The notes below the pieces were generated by a model. The model had not been told where the DNA came from. It made no database searches and saw only the letters and a program-made list of their open reading frames with translations. The translations under genes and the position numbers were made by a program. From positions 1-15,838 of the forward strand of contig JBDKUT010000049.1 in NCBI GenBank assembly GCA_039679545.1: 15,838 nucleotides of DNA. Direction: 5' to 3'. Numbering within the stretch: the stretch's first letter is position 1; each line of letters opens with the position of its first letter. This document shows, piece by piece, positions 1 through 7,751 of the stretch. This DNA is from Thermotogota bacterium. Lineage in GTDB: Bacteria > Bipolaricaulota > Bipolaricaulia > UBA7950 > UBA9294.

Positions 1-1
1 G

Positions 2-433
2 ATCCCGCTGCCGGAGGTATTCGTGACCGAACTCCTCGATGAGGAGATCGCGAAGGTCAAGGAGTCGCTCGCCGACTCGCGTTCGTCGCTCACGTTCGAG
101 GAGTACCTGAAGCGGCGCGAGACGACCGAGGAGGACTTCCGCAAGGGAATCCGCGAGTCGATCGAGCTGCGACTCCGACGGGAGCTCATCCTGCGGAAGC
201 TCGCCGAAGCCGAGAAGGTCGTCATTGACGACGCCGAGCTCGAAGAGGCGGCGAAACACGATGCGGAGGCGGCGGGAGAAGACCCGCTCCGGTTTGCCGC
301 GCGGCTGCGCGCCGAGGACCGTTGGTCCGAATACCGTTCCAGCAAGGTCAACGAGCGCGTGCTGAATGTGCTCTGCGACCACGCGGTGGTGAAGGAAATC
401 GAGCTTCCCGAGACTCCCGCAAAGGAGGAGTGA
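2..433 (+). CDS. tig: Trigger factor, C-terminal domain (5'-truncated by window edge)
   Basis: Frame is open from base 2 ([18 protein letters not shown]...[51 protein letters not shown]). This helical, charged pattern is typical of the trigger factor C-terminus. The stop overlaps the clpP start (TGATG), the usual tig-clpP synteny. Confidence 0.85.
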   Translation: MPLPEVFVTELLDEEIAKVKESLADSRSSLTFEEYLKRRETTEEDFRKGIRESIELRLRRELILRKLAEAEKVVIDDAELEEAAKHDAEAAGEDPLRFAARLRAEDRWSEYRSSKVNERVLNVLCDHAVVKEIELPETPAKEE

Positions 434-1038
434 TGCCTGCCCAGATCCCGTTCGTCATCGATCACTCCGGTCACGCGGAGCGGACGTACGACATCTACTC
501 ACGCCTGCTTGAGGATCGGATCATCTTCCTGCGGGATGGTATCGACGACGACGTCGCGAACGTCGTGATCGCGCAGATGCTGTTCCTCGCCGCGAAGGAT
601 CCGACCAAGGACATCCGCTTGTACATCAACTCCCCGGGCGGCTCGGTGACCTCCGGCCTCGCGATCTACGACACAATTCGCTACGTCAAGTGCGACGTCG
701 CGACGATCTGCATCGGCCAGGCCGCGAGCATGGCGGCCGTTCTCCTGACGGCGGGAACCAAAGGGAAACGCTCGGCGCTCCCGAACTCGCGCATTCTTCT
801 TCACCAGGTGTTCGGCGGCGCGCAGGGGCAGGCGGCCGATGTCAAGATCCAGACTGAGGAGCTCCTTCGGCTGCGCGACGTCCTCGTCCGCATCCTCGCC
901 GAGCACACCGGGAAGTCGCCGAAGAAGATTGAGAAGGACACCGATCGCGACTACTACATGAGCGCTGAAGAGGCCGTCGAGTACGGATTGGTCGATCGGA
1001 TCATCGTGCCGCGGGTCCAGGCGGAGGCGCCCGTCTAG
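433..1038 (+). CDS. clpP: ATP-dependent Clp protease proteolytic subunit (201 aa)
   Basis: [36 protein letters not shown], catalytic Ser in GQAASMAA, His in LLHQV, Asp in DTDRD. Start moved to ATG 433 behind AGGAGG (423-428). Confidence 0.97.
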   Translation: MPAQIPFVIDHSGHAERTYDIYSRLLEDRIIFLRDGIDDDVANVVIAQMLFLAAKDPTKDIRLYINSPGGSVTSGLAIYDTIRYVKCDVATICIGQAASMAAVLLTAGTKGKRSALPNSRILLHQVFGGAQGQAADVKIQTEELLRLRDVLVRILAEHTGKSPKKIEKDTDRDYYMSAEEAVEYGLVDRIIVPRVQAEAPV

Positions 1039-1067
1039 CCGGACGCCCACCCGCACAACGCCGCCCG

Positions 1068-1076
1068 TGGTAGACT
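1068..1076 (+). promoter_or_regulatory. Putative extended -10 promoter (TGnTAGACT), likely leaderless transcript
   Basis: TG-G-TAGACT at 1068-1076 lies 6 nt before ATG 1083, with no Shine-Dalgarno between them. Confidence 0.5.
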
Positions 1077-1082
1077 CCCGGC

Positions 1083-2225
1083 ATGCGCACCGGCGTCGCT
1101 GACCTTCCTCTTCACTACGGGCGAGCTCCGCGGTGGCTGTTCGAGCGAATGACGAAGCTCGCTCGCGAGGTCGTCGAACTCGTGATCCTCGAAGAGGGAT
1201 CGCCCGGGTTCTTCAATCGCATCAGCGATCCCCACTGGTTCCAGGCCTTCGGCTGTGTTCTCGGCTTCGACTGGCACTCGAGCGGCGTGACCACGACGGC
1301 GTGCGGCGCCATCAAGGAAGGGATACGTGGCGAGGAAGAGAACCTTGGCCTGTTCGTCGCGGGCGGCAAAGGGAACGCGTCGCGCAAGACGCCGGAGGAG
1401 ATCGTCGCCTGGTCCGAGAGGACGGGAACAGACGCCAGCCGGCTTGTAGCCGCCAGCCGCACCTCCGCCAAGGTCGACAGTGCGGCCGTCCAGGACGGAT
1501 ACCAGATCTACCACCACGTCTTCTTCTTCGACCGCGACGCGCGTTGGGCCGTGGTTCAGCAGGGGATGAACGAGTCGAACGGGATGGCACGGCGCTATCA
1601 CTGGACGTCCGACCGAGTCGCCGACTTCGTCTGCGAGCCGCACGCGGCCATTTGTTGCGACCACCGCACACCGACCCTGAACCTCGTAGCGCGGGAGAGT
1701 CAGGAAACGCGCGAGGTGAGCGTCGAACTGGCGCGAGCGCGGCCCGGCGAGGTCGTCCGTGAGCTTACGGCGCTGAAGCGGCTCTCGCTCCCGAAGCGCC
1801 ACGAGATCCTACTCGCCGATGTCGCCCCCGAACGGCTTGACCGGATCTTCACGAAGACCTACGAAGCCCAGGCGACCACGTTCCAGGAGCTTCTGATGCT
1901 GCCGGGCGTCGGCGGGAAGACCCTGCGCGCCCTGTCGCTCGTCGCGGAGCTCGTCTACGGCAAGGCCCCGAGCTTCGACGACCCCGCGCGCTACGGGTTC
2001 GCTCACGGGGGTAAGGATGGGGTCCCGTATCCGGTCGATCGAGCGCTCTACGACCGGACGATCGACCTCCTCGGCCGGGCGGTTCGACGCGCTGCTCTCG
2101 GAGAACGCGCGGAAGTCGACGCGCTAAGGCGGCTGGATCGACTCCTCGCTCACGCCGCCCCGCCGCCTCACCCCCCTCGCGCGCCCCGCGCCCCCGAGCC
2201 TTCGCACCCCTGGAGGCTGTTGTGA
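1083..2225 (+). CDS. DUF763 domain-containing protein
   Basis: Family motifs ADLPLHYGRAPRWLFERM, WFQAFGCVLGFDWHSSGVTT, AKVDSAAVQDGY, WAVVQQGMN, ARRYHW, LPGVGGKTLRAL (HhH-like) and FAHGGKDGVPYPVDR. Confidence 0.88.
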   Translation: MRTGVADLPLHYGRAPRWLFERMTKLAREVVELVILEEGSPGFFNRISDPHWFQAFGCVLGFDWHSSGVTTTACGAIKEGIRGEEENLGLFVAGGKGNASRKTPEEIVAWSERTGTDASRLVAASRTSAKVDSAAVQDGYQIYHHVFFFDRDARWAVVQQGMNESNGMARRYHWTSDRVADFVCEPHAAICCDHRTPTLNLVARESQETREVSVELARARPGEVVRELTALKRLSLPKRHEILLADVAPERLDRIFTKTYEAQATTFQELLMLPGVGGKTLRALSLVAELVYGKAPSFDDPARYGFAHGGKDGVPYPVDRALYDRTIDLLGRAVRRAALGERAEVDALRRLDRLLAHAAPPPHPPRAPRAPEPSHPWRLL

Positions 2226-3019
2226 GGCGGGTCGTTCTTGTGCATTGGAACGCCGCCGAGGCGGAGGACCGCGCCCGCAAGCTTCGCCGGCCGGAACTCG
2301 ACGTCGTAGTGCACTCCGACCCGCGCGCCCATCCCCGAGCCGTCGCCGACGCGGCCCCGGACATCGTGGTCATCGACCTCGCGCGCATTCCTTCGCAGGG
2401 ACGCGAACTCGGCGCGTGGCTCCGGCGAAACTCGTCCACCCGACGCATCCCGATCGTCTTTCTAGAGGGGGATCCGGAGAAGACGGCCAGCGCCCGCGCC
2501 CTCCTGCCCGACGCCGCGTTCGTGGCGTGGTCGGGACTCCCCGCGGCACTCGAGAGGCCGCCGCTGCCGCCGATTGCTCCGGTGGTTCCCGGCGGAATGG
2601 ACGCCTACGCAGGACGTCCTCTTCCGAAGAAGCTCGGGATCAAGGACGGTTCCCGCGTCGTCCTCTGCAACGTCCCGGAGGGATTCGAGGCGGCACTTGG
2701 CTCGGCAAGAGGGGTCACAGTCTCTCGAACCGCGTGCCCCGGCGACGTCGTTCTCCTGTTCGTCGAGTCCGAGGAGGAGCTGGCTCGCCGATTCGACCGC
2801 GCGGCGGGCTGCGTCGTGGACGGCGGCAGGCTCTGGATCGCGTGGCCAAAGCGGTCGGCCGGAACGCGCGGCGACCTTACCCAGAACGCGGTTCGCGCGC
2901 GTGGGCTTGAGCGCGGCTGGGTCGACTACAAGATCGCTTCGATCGACGCGACGTGGTCCGGCCTGTGCTTCGCGCGCCGCAAGCGGGAGCCTTCAAACAA
3001 CGTCGCTGACGCCGGTTGA
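2222..3019 (+). CDS. Atypical response-regulator receiver domain fused to DUF3052-like domain
   Basis: GTG start overlaps the upstream TGA (GTGA). N-terminus PDIVVIDLARIPSQGRELGAWLRRNSSTRRIPIVFL is CheY-like. C-terminus YAGRPLPKKLGIK...GGRLWIAWPK...GWVDYKIASIDATWSGLCF matches DUF3052. Confidence 0.75.
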   Translation: MRRVVLVHWNAAEAEDRARKLRRPELDVVVHSDPRAHPRAVADAAPDIVVIDLARIPSQGRELGAWLRRNSSTRRIPIVFLEGDPEKTASARALLPDAAFVAWSGLPAALERPPLPPIAPVVPGGMDAYAGRPLPKKLGIKDGSRVVLCNVPEGFEAALGSARGVTVSRTACPGDVVLLFVESEEELARRFDRAAGCVVDGGRLWIAWPKRSAGTRGDLTQNAVRARGLERGWVDYKIASIDATWSGLCFARRKREPSNNVADAG

Positions 3020-3044
3020 ATGGGACAACACCCCCGGGCAGAAT
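3016..3044 (+). promoter_or_regulatory. Putative sigma70-type promoter for the isochorismatase pair
   Basis: TTGAAT (3016-3021), 17-nt spacer, CAGAAT (3039-3044). Confidence 0.45.
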
Positions 3045-3090
3045 GCCGACATCCTGCGCGAGGCGCAGTCGGGACGAAGGGGGCAGAACC

Positions 3091-3699
3091 ATGACAAGCA
3101 GGAAGGCTCCTCTGCTGTGCGCGGTGGTCATACTTGCCGTCGCGGTCCCGACGGCCTGCCTGGCCTGCGACACGGCGCTCCTGGTGATCGACGTACAGAA
3201 TGTCTACGTCCGCACCATGGACCTCACGACGATCGACGGGATACCGCTCGTCGAGAAGCTCGTGCAAGTCCTGGCGGCGGCTCGCGCGGTCGGAATCCCG
3301 GTTGCGTACATTCAGCATCTCGATCCTCGATTCGCTCAGGGCAGCCCCGAGCTTGAAGTCGATGAGGCGATTGCACCGCACGTGGGTGACCTTACGGTGT
3401 GGAAGACGACCGCAGATGGGTTCTGGCGCACGGGTCTAATGGCCACACTCAGAGGTCTCGGGGTCCGCCGTCTCTTGATCACCGGCCTCGCGACCACCGG
3501 ATGCGTCAGCGCGACAACCTCCGGCGCGGTCCGGAACGGCTTCGAGACGTGGGTGCTCGTCGATGCACACTCCGGGGGCGGGACCCTCGACACGCTGGCC
3601 TACTACAACTCAACCTGGGCGGCCGTGGGAGCCCTCGGAATCCGCAGCGACGCTGTCGATTTTGCTGCATTCGGCTGCACGCCCACCGCGAATCCCTAA
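3091..3699 (+). CDS. Isochorismatase-family cysteine hydrolase with N-terminal signal peptide (202 aa)
   Basis: ATG 3091 follows a purine-rich AAGGGGG. MTSRKAPLLCAVVILAVAVPTACLA resembles a signal peptide. Triad: Asp (ALLVIDVQN), Lys (VWKTT), Cys (GLATTGCV). Confidence 0.85.
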   Translation: MTSRKAPLLCAVVILAVAVPTACLACDTALLVIDVQNVYVRTMDLTTIDGIPLVEKLVQVLAAARAVGIPVAYIQHLDPRFAQGSPELEVDEAIAPHVGDLTVWKTTADGFWRTGLMATLRGLGVRRLLITGLATTGCVSATTSGAVRNGFETWVLVDAHSGGGTLDTLAYYNSTWAAVGALGIRSDAVDFAAFGCTPTANP

Positions 3700-3738
3700 C
3701 GCCGCGCCGCGAAGTTTCCACAGGGAGGGAACACAGCC

Positions 3739-4263
3739 GTGAAGACACAGAGCGCCTTGTTGGTTGTCGATGTTCAGCGGGAGTACATGGAGCCGGAGCC
3801 GTTCGTTACCTGCGACGGGAACGATCTCATCGCGAAGTGCGGCACGCTCATCGAAGCCGCACGAGCCGCCGATGTGCCTGTGGTCTACGTCCGGCATCTC
3901 GACGACGTGCCGCCCGCCGATCCCGCGGCTGCGCACATCTGCTCGGAGATCGCGCCGCGGCCCGGCGAGCCCGTCGTCGAGAAGCGTTTCCCGAGCTCGT
4001 TTTTCCGGACGGACCTTGAGCGCACTCTTAAGCAGCTAGGCGTCACGACCCTCTACGCGTGCGGCCTCGCCACCTTCGGGTGTCTCAACGCCACGGTGAT
4101 GTGCGCGCTGTGCAAGGGGTACGAGGTCACCGTCGTGCACGACGCCCACGGAGCTCAATCGCTCGGCGAAACCTCGGCCGCGCAGGTGATCGCGCAGTTC
4201 GAAGCGGCGTGGACCGCCGCCGGCGCGAGACTCCTGCGCGCCTCGGACGTTCACTTCGCTTGA
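3739..4263 (+). CDS. Isochorismatase-family cysteine hydrolase (cytoplasmic, 174 aa)
   Basis: GTG start after GGAGG. Triad: Asp (ALLVVDVQ), Lys (VEKRFPSSF), Cys (GLATFGCL); also VHDAH. Confidence 0.88.
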   Translation: MKTQSALLVVDVQREYMEPEPFVTCDGNDLIAKCGTLIEAARAADVPVVYVRHLDDVPPADPAAAHICSEIAPRPGEPVVEKRFPSSFFRTDLERTLKQLGVTTLYACGLATFGCLNATVMCALCKGYEVTVVHDAHGAQSLGETSAAQVIAQFEAAWTAAGARLLRASDVHFA

Positions 4264-4291
4264 TAGGTCTAGAGCGTAGGCGACGCGCTGT

Positions 4292-5677
4292 CTACTTGTG
4301 CACTTTGCGGAGGAACTCCTCGATCTCGGGCATGCCACCTTGGAAGACGAGGTAGCCGTCGTGCGGCTCGCGCTCGGTGATCTCACCGGCGATCGGCGTC
4401 AGCATGATCTCGCGCACCCGGTCAAGGTCGCTCGTCTGTCCGAGCGCCCAAGCGAGCTTGATGTACGCCACTTCGGGAAGCATGTTCTCGGCCGGGATGA
4501 TCCCCTTCGCCATGAGGTCGCGCCCGGTGTCGTAGACGAACATGTGCACGTAGCCCCACAGAGTCTGGACCGTCATGTAGATCGCGACGCCGGCCGCCGT
4601 CGCCCGCTCGATGGCGGGGTACACGGGCTTGTTAATGTGGCCGAGCCCGGTCCCGGCGATGACAATCCCCTTGTACCCGTGCTCGACGAGGGCGTCGATG
4701 ATGTCGGGGTGCATGTTCGGGTAGTAGTACGTGAGGGTCACCCGCTCCTCGAAGTACGGGAGGATGTCGACGTGGCGGTCTTCGCGTCGACGGGCGTAGT
4801 CCTGGCGGAGCGGCGTCACTCCGTTGCGGGTGACCGTCGCCAATGGGATGTCGCCGATGGTGCGGAACGTCGAGCGGTATGAGGAGTGCATCTTCCGCAC
4901 GCGCGTCGCGCGGTGCAGGAGCCCGTACTCATCGGAGGTCGGTCCGAACATGCAGACCATCACCTCGGCGATGTCCGACGTGGCCGCTGCGGTCGTCGAG
5001 TGAATCAGGTTCCGCGCCGCATCGGACGACGGCCGATCGGACGACCGCTGCGACCCGACCATGACGATCGGCACCGGCGAGTGCTGAACCATGAACGCAA
5101 GCGCGCTCGCGGTGTGGTGCATCGTGTCCGTCCCGTGGCCGATGACGATGCCATGGATTCCGGCCTCGATCTCGCGGCCGATCGCCTTGGCCAGCGCGAT
5201 GTACTGCGTCGGCCCCATGTTCTCGGAGAACACCGCAAACAGCTTCTCCGTCGAGAGGTTGCAGATGTCAGCAAGTTCTGGAACGGCGCCGTAGAGCTCG
5301 CCGGGGGAGAACGCCGGGATCACTGCGCCGGTCCGGTAGTCGAGTCGGGATGCGATGGTGCCGCCGGTCCCCAGGAGCTTCACGTTCGGCTTGTCGGGCG
5401 AGGTCGGGAATTCCTTTTCGGGGATCTTGTAGTGGGCCTCGCGTCGTCCGAGCTCCTTGACGTTCCGGAGCGTTCGAACGTCGATGCCGACGTTGTAGCC
5501 TGTGGGAAGCTTCAGCACGAGGTGCCGTGAGTCGTCGAACTCCGAGCGCGGCAGAATGATGCCGCGGAAGTGGCCGCGCGTGGAGTCGATGTCGACGTCG
5601 CTCCATACGCCAACTTGGAAGCGGACGAGCGCGTCGAGGGCTTCGCCCTTGTATCCCTTGCGGGCTTCGTCGCTCAT
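4292..5677 (-). CDS. gatD: Glu-tRNA(Gln) amidotransferase subunit D (asparaginase-like, 461 aa)
   Basis: GatD N-terminal domain (LVLKLPTGYNVGID), TGGTIASRLDYRTGAV, HGTDTM, GSQRSSDRPSSDA, RKMHSS, GTGLGH, MLPEVAYIKL. Start moved to ATG 5677, which has AGGAGG (5685-5690) 7 nt upstream and an ATGA overlap with the gatE stop. Confidence 0.93.
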   Translation of the reverse strand: MSDEARKGYKGEALDALVRFQVGVWSDVDIDSTRGHFRGIILPRSEFDDSRHLVLKLPTGYNVGIDVRTLRNVKELGRREAHYKIPEKEFPTSPDKPNVKLLGTGGTIASRLDYRTGAVIPAFSPGELYGAVPELADICNLSTEKLFAVFSENMGPTQYIALAKAIGREIEAGIHGIVIGHGTDTMHHTASALAFMVQHSPVPIVMVGSQRSSDRPSSDAARNLIHSTTAAATSDIAEVMVCMFGPTSDEYGLLHRATRVRKMHSSYRSTFRTIGDIPLATVTRNGVTPLRQDYARRREDRHVDILPYFEERVTLTYYYPNMHPDIIDALVEHGYKGIVIAGTGLGHINKPVYPAIERATAAGVAIYMTVQTLWGYVHMFVYDTGRDLMAKGIIPAENMLPEVAYIKLAWALGQTSDLDRVREIMLTPIAGEITEREPHDGYLVFQGGMPEIEEFLRKVHK

Positions 5678-7611
5678 CGCGTCGCCTCCTCGACCCACAC
5701 CGCGACCTTGGCGAGCGGAACGTTGCCCCATGCCGCTGCGCGGACACGCCCCATGATGACGTGGCCCCGCACCTCGAGCCTGCGGATGTCGCCTCCTCGC
5801 TCGACCTCGCGCCGGATCGCGGCCTTTACGTCCTTCTCCGACGCTCGGTGATACTCCATACGAGTCAGTAGCTCGTCGAATGAGGACGTCGGTTCCAGGA
5901 GCGCAAGCGGCGCCAGGACGGGAAGCACGTCAGGTGTCAACTCTCTTGCGCGCGCCCCGTCGACCGCCCACCGAACGCGCGCCCCGTCGATCTCGCGATC
6001 GCCCATGGCGTGGCGGACGTTGTGTCCAAGGAGAGTCGAAGCCGCGACCGGCTTCATGCCGCCCGCGACCAGCTCCTCGATCAGCGGGCAGAGGTTGCGC
6101 CGCAGCAGGTACGCGCGCGCGTCCTCGGGAACTTTCCACGTCTGTAGGAGAGCCTGGCGCGCGTCTACAGCCTGCGGCAGGCGAGCGCGCGTCGCCTCGA
6201 TCACGTCCTCCTCGATCGGGATCGGCGAGGAATCGGTGTCCGGGTACATCCGGTCCGGCCCCGGCAGGACGCGTTCGAAGATCGTCGTCCCGTCGGGAAG
6301 TCCCTTGCGCGTCTCGTTCGGCACTCCCGCGAACGCCAGCCGGCCGCGCTCGATCACCGTCTCGATCGCCGTCGGGAGGTCAGTGGCCGGTCCCCACACG
6401 AGGACGACGGCATCCTTCGGCGTCGCGTCGACGAGCTTCCCGAGCTTCTGCCAGGTCGCCTGCGGCAGCGGCGACTCTTCGTCCTCAGAATGGGTCATGT
6501 TTGGCTTCTCGATGCAGGCGATGACTTTCAACCGATCCGAGAACTCGTCGGCGAACGAGCGGCCCGGGTTCGTCGAGAAGGCAAGAAGGTCGGAGAATCC
6601 CGGCAGGCAGACGACCGCGGCCCTCGACTCCGGCCCCGCGATCGGAGCCGCGGCGGCTAGGCTGGCGCCGGACAGCTCTGCGTGCTTCGGGGCCCACGTC
6701 TTCAGGTCGACCTTGCGCCGATCGAGTTCGTCGCGCACGAGGAGGAGCGCCTTCTGCCGGAACGCCTCGTTGTGGGTCAGCTCCGGGATCCAGCGGATGT
6801 GCTGCACGCCCTTGATCTCCACGCGCGTTCCGCCCTCGATGCTGACGTTCACATCCTCTCGAGCCGCGCCGATGCCGACGTTGACGTGCCCGGTGCTGCG
6901 CGCTACGTACCGGATGTAGTTCGCCGCCTCGGCGGCCTCGTCCGGCGTTAGAAGCTCCGGCTCGGTGACGGTCTCGATCAGGGGCATCCCAAGCCGGTCT
7001 GTCGTGTAGATCCGTTCATGGCCGACGTCGCTCACTTCGCGGCACGAGTCCTCTTCCATGGAGAGCTGGCGTACGCCCACCCGCTTCCCCGCTACAGGAA
7101 TGCGGCCGTCGATGCCGACGATCGCCGTGCGTTGGAACCCGGTGGGGATGCTGCCATCCAGATACTGCTTCCGGGTGATGTGGAGCTCGCCCACGAGGCT
7201 CGTTTCCAGCAGGAGGGCGACCTCGATCGCAATCCCGAGTGCCTCGCGATTCACGGCGAACGGAGGCGTGTCGTCGATGTCGTACGTGCAGGCCGTTTCG
7301 CCCTTGATTCTGTAGAGGATGTTCTTCCGCGTCTTGTACTCCATCAGCGCCGTCCCGTCGTACTCCCCAAGCTCGCTGAGGGTGGGCCGCATGTGGCGGA
7401 CGAGCTGGGCGTCGTAGTCGTCGCCGCTCTGGTAGAGGCCCGCCGGGCACCGGCAGAAGAGCTTCTTCGACGTTCGGAGCTGCTGGTGGATCTCGAGACC
7501 GCACCGAAAACCGAGTGTCCGGTACGTCTCCCGCGTCGCGTCACGACGGGGCACGTACTCCAAGGGATTGTGGCTGTCTGGGTTCTCGGAAACCGTGTCG
7601 GCTCTCTTCAT
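5674..7611 (-). CDS. gatE: Glu-tRNA(Gln) amidotransferase subunit E (645 aa)
   Basis: GLEIHQQL, KLFCRCP, RPTLSELGE, DGSIPTGFQRT, EEDSCR, DRLGMPLIE, REDVNVSIEGGTRVEIKGVQ, an AspRS-like GAD insertion (LPGFSDLLAFSTNPGRSFADEFSDR...DAVVLV), GVPNETR...LPGPDRMYPDTD and a YqeY-like tail. These distinguish GatE from GatB. Confidence 0.94.
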   Translation of the reverse strand: MKRADTVSENPDSHNPLEYVPRRDATRETYRTLGFRCGLEIHQQLRTSKKLFCRCPAGLYQSGDDYDAQLVRHMRPTLSELGEYDGTALMEYKTRKNILYRIKGETACTYDIDDTPPFAVNREALGIAIEVALLLETSLVGELHITRKQYLDGSIPTGFQRTAIVGIDGRIPVAGKRVGVRQLSMEEDSCREVSDVGHERIYTTDRLGMPLIETVTEPELLTPDEAAEAANYIRYVARSTGHVNVGIGAAREDVNVSIEGGTRVEIKGVQHIRWIPELTHNEAFRQKALLLVRDELDRRKVDLKTWAPKHAELSGASLAAAAPIAGPESRAAVVCLPGFSDLLAFSTNPGRSFADEFSDRLKVIACIEKPNMTHSEDEESPLPQATWQKLGKLVDATPKDAVVLVWGPATDLPTAIETVIERGRLAFAGVPNETRKGLPDGTTIFERVLPGPDRMYPDTDSSPIPIEEDVIEATRARLPQAVDARQALLQTWKVPEDARAYLLRRNLCPLIEELVAGGMKPVAASTLLGHNVRHAMGDREIDGARVRWAVDGARARELTPDVLPVLAPLALLEPTSSFDELLTRMEYHRASEKDVKAAIRREVERGGDIRRLEVRGHVIMGRVRAAAWGNVPLAKVAVWVEEATR

Positions 7612-7661
7612 GGCGATTGCGCAGAGCGGACACGAGTTCCTCTCGGCCGGACGCGCGTGTA

Positions 7662-7690
7662 AGAATAGACGCAGACAGGGTCAGCCGCAA
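7662..7690 (-). promoter_or_regulatory. Putative sigma70-type promoter for gatE-gatD
   Basis: On the minus strand: TTGCGG (7690-7685), 17-nt spacer, TATTCT (7667-7662). Confidence 0.55.
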
Positions 7691-7702
7691 GTCGCTCTTC
7701 TC

Positions 7703-7730
7703 TTGCTTTGCATCCGTGTGCCGCTATACT
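7703..7730 (+). promoter_or_regulatory. Putative sigma70-type promoter for leader/GNAT/ABC operon
   Basis: TTGCTT (7703-7708), 16-nt spacer, TATACT (7725-7730). Confidence 0.55.
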
Positions 7731-7751
7731 GACCTGGTTCAGCATCGCGAG

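Noticed and set aside
322..432. N-terminal extension of ClpP in the ORF track
   Set aside because: It overlaps tig. The SD and TGATG coupling point to ATG 433.
3016..3090. Longer start for the first isochorismatase
   Set aside because: The TTG is part of the predicted -35 box. ATG 3091 has an SD-like sequence and exposes the signal peptide.
4292..5677. Annotating gatD as stand-alone L-asparaginase I
   Set aside because: It has the GatD-specific N-terminal domain and SRLDYRTGAV/QRSSDRPSSD motifs and is coupled to gatE.
5678..5731. 18-aa N-terminal extension of GatD in the ORF track
   Set aside because: It lies inside gatE. The SD and ATGA overlap support ATG 5677.
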